This document shows positions 35,401-45,900 of a stretch of DNA of 64,000 bases, piece by piece (position 1 is the stretch's first letter; the number at the start of each line of letters is the position of its first letter). A program made the position numbers and the translations under genes. Source of the DNA: Octopus vulgaris. Taxonomy: Eukaryota. Below the pieces are notes generated by a model that ran no database searches, was not told where the DNA came from, and worked only from the letters and a program-made list of their open reading frames with translations. The DNA lies in NCBI GenBank assembly GCA_951406725.2, contig OX597827.1, positions 40,920,001 to 40,984,000 of the forward strand, written 5' to 3'.

Positions 35401-37239
35401 CATGTGGTTTGTAAGCAAGCTACTTACCACACTGCCACTCCTATGCCTATTTGATAATACTTAACAAATATTATTTATAATTTCATTAAAAGGTCCATGT
35501 AACTCCCCAGATTATAGTGCAACCTATCTGTGAGTCAACTGCAAATACCTACTTTGATAATCCCAAACTAAGGGTAGGACCTATCCATGAGTATATACGG
35601 TAGTTATCAAAGTATTCAGGGACCTTTTGAGCAGGATGGGCAACTCATCCTGAAGAAAATTCTAACCGGGCCCCACCTTCAAGGTCATGCACTGTTTATC
35701 TTGATACGAGATCACCATGATGCATGTGACTGGTGTACCCTTATCAGACATGTAGCCATGATGGGTATACTGGGCTTCGTATATATTTTACCCCAGTGTC
35801 ACTTTGATGGCATGCACTGCTCTCTCACTCAGTAATAATAATGGTTTCAAATTTTTGGAACAAAGCACTTATTTTACCAGCCCAAAAAGGATGAAACTTG
35901 AAGTCAACCTTGGAATTTGATCTCAGAACATAAAAGCTCGATGAAATACCACTAATCATTTTGCCCAGTATGTTAATGATTTTGCCCAGCATGTTAACGA
36001 TTCTGCCAGCTCACTACCTTAGCTCACCATCTTAATGACCTTAATGATAATAAGTAAATGTGTAGCAGATGGTGACAATCACTAGCCACCTGTTAGTGGA
36101 GTGGTGTGGTGCACTGTTGTGGACAGTTAAGAAGTGGGCTGTAGGGATATGGTTGTGCTTGTTTCCATGTGTGTTTGTTTGCATCTGTTAGATAAGAGGT
36201 GAGGTGGGATGTTAAGACATGTATATATGTATATGTCACATCTGAGGGTAAGTGAAGAAGGTTATAATGTGCGTGACATTTCCTAATAGTTTTCTATTAA
36301 AAAAAAAAAAAGCAAATTGCTTGGCTGCAGCACTTCAGAACGAATAAGGATTTGCAGACCGACTGGAGATTGCCAGCAACTTTTTATAGCATCTTATCTT
36401 TAATATAGGTATATTTGTATGATGGTATTAATTTTTGTTATTAATAAACCTGGACAAGGCCAGGCACTGCTACTTGTATATGTAAAAGTGTATATACATA
36501 TATAAAGAGAGGAGGGGAAAGAGAGAGAGGACAGAGAGAGAGAGTAGAAAGGAAATGGAAAGAGTGGAGAGAAAAAGAGGACAGAGAGAGAGAGAGTAGA
36601 AAGGAGAGGGAAAGAGAGAGAGGGAGAGAGACAGTCACCATGCAAAACTTATTTGTATTAGACAGACAGATGGATGGATAAATAGATAGATAGATAAATA
36701 AATAGATGGACAGATCGATGGATCGATGGATGGAAATACACACACACACACACACACACACACAGATATATATTACACAAAATAAATGCATGGTCATCAT
36801 CCAGAATCTAATAACTAAACTTGTATCAATATGTGTGTGTGTGTTGTGTGTGTGGAGAAGGAGAGAGAGACAAATGCAGTGACCATGCAAATTCTAATAA
36901 ACTTGTATGTATGTATTTGATAGAGATAGACAAATATATATTAATACAAAATAAATGCATGGTCATCACACAGGATCAAATGATTAAACTTGCATTAATG
37001 TGTGTGTGTAAAGAGAGAGAGGGGAAGAGAGAAAGAGAGAGAGTGGGAGAAAGAGAGAGAAAGAAAGTAAGACAAAGAGACGTGTGTGTGTGCGTGTGTG
37101 TGAGTATTGACACAATAGTTGCATTGTCACCACACACAATCTAATAAATTGTCAGCAAAATAAACGCATGATCACCACAGAGCATCTGATAATTAATACT
37201 GTCAGTATAATTCAAAAACATTGATTGCTTTTGGGACAC

Positions 37240-37278
<39 letters not shown>

Positions 37279-38602
37279 ACATGTGTGTGTGGTAGGTATA
37301 TGTAGGAAAGGCTGCGAGCTGGCAGAATCGTTAGCGCGCCGGCCGAAATGCTTAGCGGTATTTCATCTGTCGCTACGTTCGGAGTTCAAATTCCGCCGAG
37401 GTCGACTTTACCTTCCATCTTTTCGGGGTCGATAAACTAAGTACCAGTTGCGCACTGGGGTCGATATAATCGACTTAATCCGTTTGTCTGTCCTTGTTTG
37501 TCCCTTCTGTGTTTAGCCCCTTGTGGGTAGTAAAGAAATAGGTAGGTAGGAAAGTCAGGAATGAGGTGCAGGAGTGGCGGTGTGGTAAGTAGCTTGCTTA
37601 CCAATCACATGGTTCCGGGTTCAGTCCCACTGCGTGGCACCTTGGGCAAAGTGTCTTCTACTATAACCTCAGGCTGACAAAAGCCTTGTGAGTGGATTTG
37701 GTAGACGGAAACTGAAAGAAGCCTGTTGTATATATGTATGTGTGTGTGTTTGTCCCCCCAACATCACTTAACAACCGATGCTGGTGTGTTTATGACCCCA
37801 TAACTTAGCTGTTTGGCAAAAGAGACCGATAGAATAAGTACTAGGCTTACGAAGAATAAGTCCTGGGGTCGATTTGCTCGACTAAAGGTGATGCTCCAGC
37901 ATGGCCACAGTCAAAATGACTGAAACAACTAAAAGAGTAAAAGAATATTGTAGAAGTATAACTAATTTACTACACTTAAAAATTTTAATATCAAAATCTT
38001 ATATGGACCCCTAAGGTCCACATGGCCCTTGTTTGAGAACCACTGATTTAGTTACTCAAGATAGAAAGAATAAAAACAAAAGGGTCTGGAGCACCTTTAA
38101 TTCTAGGTCAACAGAAGCAATAAGAACAACTTTAAAATCATGCAAAATAGACACAGGCAACGGGATGACCATATTTCCTGAGAGCAATTCTTGTATGTCC
38201 ACTTGTCAATAAGACACTCACCACTTTGGGACTAAATCTAAATACCTTCAAAGCCGCAAGAGTGTACAGAGAGCTAATAAAAAGCAGCTGGTGATAGATA
38301 AACAAACTACAATGTACAAACATCGCATATCGTTTGCCAGAGTGACAAAAACAATATGGAATGGATTAATTAGATATAGCACAAGAGATGTGAACAACTA
38401 AGGAGTGAAATTCAACAGCTCGACATAACTTGATTACTAACACAATTTCAATAATCAGAATTTCCTTATACAATATGAGAAAAATGTAAGACTGTACATA
38501 CATACATACACATACACACACATGCACACCCACACAAATAACATATATTTATAAACATGCATGTATATGTGAACATATGGTTGTGAGTTTCAACCATATG
38601 CT

Positions 38603-38650
<48 letters not shown>

Positions 38651-38807
38651 TAGGGATGGTATTATTAAAATACCATCACAAGAGGGAAGCGAATTATCAG
38701 CCGTATAGGCAAATTAATAAAATATATACATACAATATTAGATATGTACATATATACACACTTCTGTACCACAGAAGTATTTTTTGACTTCTACTCATGT
38801 AGTACCC

Positions 38808-38891
<84 letters not shown>

Positions 38892-39865
38892 TGTACATAT
38901 GTATGTATGTAAATACAGTGTACATTTAAACACATAAGAGGTATCCATCATAGGACTACCTGCACGCTAGAGAGGACAGTTAAATTCCAAACCACTATTA
39001 AGGATAACATTTCGAAGGGAATGAAAAACAAAAACATTTACCATCTATTTATTTTTCATTCCCTTCGAAATTTTATCCCTAATAGTGGTTTGGAATTTAA
39101 CTGTCCTCTCTAGCATGCAGGTAGTCCTATGATGGATACCTCTTATGTGTTAAAATGTACGCTGTATTTATATGAATAATATATAGTCTATTGACTAAAT
39201 TTTTACATGCAAGGCCACTGGTAATGGAAATTTCTAATATTTCAGATTACCCTTTGATATTATTTATTATGTATGTATGTATGTATGTATGTATGTATCT
39301 GCATGTATTGTATGTGTGTGTGTGTGTGTGCATGTATGTGTGTGTAAACATATGGTTGTGAAGCTGAGAAGTTTACTTTGCAATGACATAGTTCTGGGCT
39401 TGATTTGAATACACAAAACTTTAGTAAGTGCCCCTACCAAAGTCTCAGTTTGACCTGTAGCCTATTTTGGAGAAGGAAATTATGCAGAAGTTCCAGTGTG
39501 TGTTTGTGTATATGTGATCATCAGTACAACAAAACATGTTTTGAAACATAATTAGCCTTTTGTAGAATAATTCTGAAATTACAGCCTCTAATTTCTAAGT
39601 GGAGGGACATGGCTTAGTGGTTAAGGTGTTGGACTCATGATCATAAAATTGTGGTTTCGATTCCTGGACTTACTGGAGCACCACCTTTAGTCGAGCAAAT
39701 CTGCCCCAGGACTTATTCTTTGGAAACCTAGTACTTATTCTATCGGTCTCTTTTGCCAAACCACTAAGTTACGGGGTCATAAACACACCACCATCGGTTG
39801 TCAATCAAGCGATGTTAGGGGGGGGACAAACACAGACACACAAACATATACACACAAACATATAT

Positions 39866-39914
<49 letters not shown>

Positions 39915-42900
39915 CATACACATATATATGATGGACTTCTTTCAGTTTCTATCTACTAAATTCACTCACAAGGCTTTGGTCGGCCCGAGGCTATAGAAGA
40001 AGACACTTGCCCAAGGTGCCACACAGTGGGATTGAACCTGGAACCATGTGGTTGGGAAGCAAGCTACTTACCACACAGCCACTCCAGCCTTTTGTAGAAT
40101 AATTCTGAAATTACAGCCTCTAATTTCTAAGTGGAGGGACATGGCTTAGTGGTTAAGGTGTTGGACTCATGCTCATAAGATTGTGGTTTCGATTCCTGAA
40201 CTTGGTGATGCTTTGTGTTTTTGAGCAAAACACTCCATTCCATGCTGTTCCACTTTTCACTCAACTGGCAAAAATGAGTAATCCTGTGATAGTGTTTCAT
40301 CCAGAGAGGAATATACAAGCCAGAGGAACCAAGAAATTGGACCTATGCTCCTTATGGAATAATGTGGACTAACCAATTCCTAAGTAGGTCTCAATCCAAT
40401 CTTCAATCTGTGATGACCACAACACTTGGCACTACTAAGCGAAAAGACAAAGATTGGATCTCGGGCCGAACAATCAAAATTGCTGAAAATGTGAAACAAA
40501 CTTGATGCAACCAATCTGATACCTTCAGACAACTGTGCTGTGAAGCTGCTCATTCTGCCCGCGCTGATTGAAATAAATTCTGGAGGATGGTGGCTAAAGA
40601 CATGGAACGCACCACAACTGCTGGGGACTCCTGTAAGTTCTACAGCCTCCTTTGATCGAGCACAAAGACAGCCTGGAGTGGTAACGAAACCATTGTGGAC
40701 CAGAATGGCGATCCCATCACCAATCTTACTGAGTGCATCATCCGCTGGAGAGACCATTTCGCCAATCTGCCGAACCATGACTACCAGCCCCCACCTTATC
40801 TGCTCTTTAAATCAATGCGATCCCAACCTTATATAACTGCCAAACAGCTCCCCCATGCTTGAAGAGGTCCTTTCTGTTATCAGAAAGCTCAAAAATAACA
40901 AAGCTGCCAGTGAAGATAACATTCCTGCTGAGATCCTCAAGCATAGTGCAAATAGGCTGGGGCCTGCCATTCACCAAGGTTTGGGGGAGGTCTCCAGCAA
41001 GACTGAATGGCTTTCCACCTATGGCTGTACCCATGATATTGACCAAAGTGGTTCTCAGATAGTTCCACCATTCACTGTGTAATTTGTTGAAAACATAAAT
41101 AAGAATTAATATTCGATGATAATTATATTTGTGTGGACATGCAGCAAGATTTGTCTGAACCTGTTGAATGCCTGCTGATTGTGTAAGTGCTTTTAAGCAG
41201 ATAATTAAATTTAATAGAACATTGTTTTTAAAGCTACTTATTATGTCATATATGTTGATCTATTGTGTGTGTGTGTGTGTGTGAGAGAGGGTGATAGTGT
41301 GTGTGCATGCATGTATAAACACACATACACCCACATACACATATGTATACACACCTAAATACATAGATATGAACAAACACACAGAAACACAACCATTCTG
41401 TCACACACATATACATGAGTGTGTGTATGTATATATATATATATACATACAGGGTGGTACATGATTGTGTGTGTGTATGTATATATATGTGTATATATGT
41501 ATATATATGTGTACATATATATACATATATATATAAACATAAACATATATATATATATACATACATATATTGGAGTCTCACAGGCAGTTGTTATATCTTT
41601 TTACACCCTATATATATATATTGACTGTAAAAAACGTAACTGCCTGTGAGACTCTATGGGAAATGTCAAGAATTCCAACAAGATGGTAACTATGGGAGAC
41701 AGAAGAAACATTAACCAAACTTGGCAATTAATATTCCTACAAGTATCCCGACCTGCAGTGCAAAATGGCAGGATCCAAATGCCACATGAAAAAATGAATT
41801 TAAAAATATAAATAAAACCCTACAAATCACTAAAACTAAAAAAGTTCCTCTGCAAATTTTTCTAGATGCAGCCGTGGCTGTGTGGTAAGAAATCTGCTTT
41901 GTAACCACATGGTTACAGGTTCAGTCCCATTGCATGGCATCTTGATCAAGTGCCTTCTACTATATCCCTGGGCCAACCAAAGCCTTGTGAGTGGATTTGG
42001 TAGATGAAAACTGAAAGAAGGCAAGTGTGTGTGTGTGTATGTGTGTATGTGGCTTTGTGTCTGTCCCCACTAACCCCACTTAACAACTGATGTTGGTGTG
42101 TTTAAGTCCCTATAACTTAGCAGTTCATCAAAAGAGACCAATAGAATAAGTACCAGGTTTTGAAAAAAAAAATATATAGAGCTCGGATCAATTCATTCAA
42201 CAAAAATTCTTTAGGGCGGTGCCTCAGCTTGGCCACAGTCTAATGATTGAACCAAATGAAAGATATCGAAAACTAAACTGATGTTCTGCTGTTGGCTCAT
42301 GGATTAAGAGATCAACAGAAACAGCTTTTGAAAAAATTATCAGGTTTTAGAAAGCTACAATAAGAACAGCTGAACCCTTTAGCACAGTGGTTCCCAACCA
42401 GGGTCCATAAGACCCGTAGAGGTCCGTATAAGATTTTGCTGTTAAAATTTATATGGAATAAATTGGTTATAGTTCTACAATACACAAAATATTTCAACAA
42501 TTTTTTTAAGCAATCCCTAATAAGATTTAATTATAAAAGTATAATAAAACTAGCAGTATAGCCCGGCATTGCTCAGGTTTGTGTTTTAGTTGCGCTTAAA
42601 ATGGCAGACTTTGATGTCACGCTAAGAGTTGCTGAAGCATGGAACAAACTGCCAGCATCAGTTGTTAGTTGTCGGAGCACTGCATCCTTCAAAACTTCCA
42701 TGCTTCCTGAGATTCACCAACACTACACCTGATTTTCTCCCCTCTATACACATGCAAGCATGTATCTGACTCATACACTGTTCACTTTCCAGACATTTGT
42801 ACATTACTACATATACTTTATACACACTTTTGACAAGTTATGGTGCACCTGAGCACTGTATACAATAATTTCATTATTATTATTATTATTAACAAAGTTT

Positions 42901-45900
42901 TGACATAGTTTCAATCTATGAATAAAAGTTTAGTGTGGCGATACTCAAGTTTGCTCTGAATTTGCTGCAATTGTGTAATGCCGACTTCAATTGATGGTAT
43001 TGTAGGTTAATATTCCTTCTATTAACATTATGGAGAAAAAAATTACCCGTAGATTTAAAGCAAAATGAAGCTCAAGTTTTGAACTGCACTGAAAATCTAT
43101 TAAGAAGTTAACACTGCAACAGTATTCATTAAGAAAAAGTACAGGAAAATCCATCTATCACTCAAAACCAATGACATCACAAAAAAATTCTTTTCGACCC
43201 TTTAGAATTGGAATTTTTGAAAAGTAAAAATTTTGCATTATGTAGCTTGTCATTCTCTTTAAGAGAACATTTTTCTGGTTGAAATATACCGAAAAATAGC
43301 GACACAACAGTAAAAAAATCGTAAAAAATAGGGATTTTCATAGAAAAAAAGCACCTTTTTGATGTAAATAATTTTTGGTCTTAACATGGTCCAATTTAAT
43401 TTTTTCTTCTACGGAATGAAGAGCAAGCCTTCTTCTATCATACTCTCAATTTTGGTCAACTTGCGTCACTGGGTCTCAGTGGAGATAGTGTTAGTTGAAG
43501 GCTAGCAAACCTGCTACACACAGACAACTTCAGTTTTATATATATAGATTCTTGAAACATTGAATAGCTATGAGGCTCCTGTAGAGTAAAATGGGAATTA
43601 AAGAGGTCCATAGGGAAAAAATGGTTGAGAAACACTGCTTTAGCATTTTTTATGTTCAAACTGGTCATATCTGGCCCTTCACAACTACCCTACAATGTCA
43701 TTCTAAAAGTAAACTGACCATCATCAAAATTTTGAAGCTATGGGACAATGCATGATTAGACAGATATTTGTCCTCATCTTGTTTGTTGTTAACACAACGC
43801 TTTGGCTGATATACCCTCCAGCCTTCATCAGGTGTCTTGGGGGAATTTCAGACCTGGGTTCTCATTCGTAAGGTATTTTCTACGTTGTTGTTGTTATTAT
43901 TATAATTATTATTATTCAGGTCACTGCCTGAAATCGAACTTGGAATCTTGGGAGCATATGGCGTAGTGGTTAAGAGCACAGGCTACTAACCCCAAAATTC
44001 CGAGTTCAATTCCAGGCAATGACCTGAATAATAATAATAATAATAATAATGCATGATTAATTGAAACGATGTGAATTAATAAACATTATATTTGACAGAA
44101 CAATCTGAATGCTAAAGGGTTAAAAACCCCAACAAATTAACTACAGCTGCAGACTATTTATCACAACCACAAACATCACACATAAAAGAAGAGTGAGGAA
44201 AAAAAATACATTTAAGGCAAGTGGCTTTTTAAGGGAACTAATAACTCTGCTGCTACCATTGATGTTATGTTACATAACACTGAATATATGTTGTGACAGC
44301 TGAAGAGTATTGATATAGCGCAAGTTGTTGGGAGAGAGGAGGGAGGGCAGGATTAGTGATGATAATAGAGCTATATAAAACCTGTTGCTGCTCACCATAT
44401 ATCAATGAGAACTATATAAAACCTGTTGCTGCTCACCGTATATCAATGAAAGCTATATATAACCTGTTGCTGCTCACCATATACCAATGGAAGCTATATA
44501 AAACCTGTTGCTGCTCACCATATATCAATGAGAACTATATATAACCTGTTGCTGCTCACCATATATCAATGGAAGCTATATATAACCTGTTGCTATGCAC
44601 CAGATATCAATGATAACTACATAAATCCTGTGTTCACTTTATGTCAAAGAATGCCATAGAAAACTTATTTTACATCTTGTGCCAATCCAAATTGAAAGAG
44701 AAGAGAAAAGATTGACTATTTCAATAAATAATTAATTTGATTATTTTAAATATTCTAAATTGATTGTTCTGATAGGACATGTTTTTTTTGTGTTTTTTGG
44801 TTCTGAAAATAGTTCTAAAGACAAATCAAACAAGCAGATGTCTGTCTTTGAATCTGTTGTTGAGTATTGCTTCTTCCAATGGAATAGAATATTGTATAAG
44901 AATGTTCAAGAAGGATGAAGAAATACGGATGAACAAGAGTGAAAGAAAGGAATAAGCAGCAAAAAACAGAGATATTAGCAGACTGCGAGACTATATTCTA
45001 TAATTAAAAGTAAGATAAAAGAGGAGAGAAAAATGGGAAGAGAGAAAAAGAGGTAAAGAGCAAGAGAAGGTGGGAGGGAGAAAGAAGTGTAAGAAGAAGA
45101 AAATGAAAGAGGAAGAATTAAAATAAGCAAGATAAGGAAGCAGTAGAGAAAAGGAAATGGTAAAAAGAATAGGGGAGAAGTAAGAAGGGGAAGATGATGA
45201 GTAGAAGAGAAGGGGAGGCAAAAAAGAAAGGAAGAAAACAAACAGAAAACAAAGAGATGATGAGGAGGAGGAATTAAAAAAAGATAAGAGTATCAAGAAA
45301 AAAAATATGCAAGGAAGAGAAAGAAAAAGAAAATGAAACAAAACAGAAAGCAGGAGCCAAAACAGAATAATAGTGAAAATGAAGAACTAAAAGGAAAAGA
45401 GAAGAAACGGTGGAAGGAAATTAGGAAAAAGGAAAATGTCAAAGAAGAACTGTAGAGGAGAAGCAGGCAAAGAAATGTTATCCACTTCTGCAAAATTCAG
45501 ATAGAAAGACAATTTAATCTAAATTTGCTGATAGAGAATGGACAGCAAAAACTAGTGAATATTCATGGAAGTACAATGTCAGAGTAAAACAACAACAACA
45601 ACAGCAGCAGGAGCTCAGATGAGAGTAAAGGCTTCCAAATGGTAGTTTGAAGAGCTTGAAATAACAGTCAAATGTCACTGGAATTACAATTTATTACCTT
45701 AAAACCCTTTAGCATTCAGATTACTCCGTTAAATGTTATGCTTACTTATTCAGATCGTTACAAACATTGATAGATAGACAGTACATGCAGTTCTATATTT
45801 AAGAGATGAGGAATTATGCCCATTATTTACATTTGACAGATATTTGTCCTCATCTTGTTTGTTGTTAACACAACGTTTCGGCTGGTATACCCTCCAGCCT

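Noticed and set aside
43953-44026. Genuine tRNA gene
   Set aside because: Has A and B boxes, but the stems are imperfect and it runs into (AAT)n with no T-run terminator; better explained as a SINE head. The same applies to other tRNA-like heads.
44371-44620. CRISPR-like regular repeat
   Set aside because: Head-to-tail 41-bp units with no unique spacers, no cas genes, eukaryotic context.
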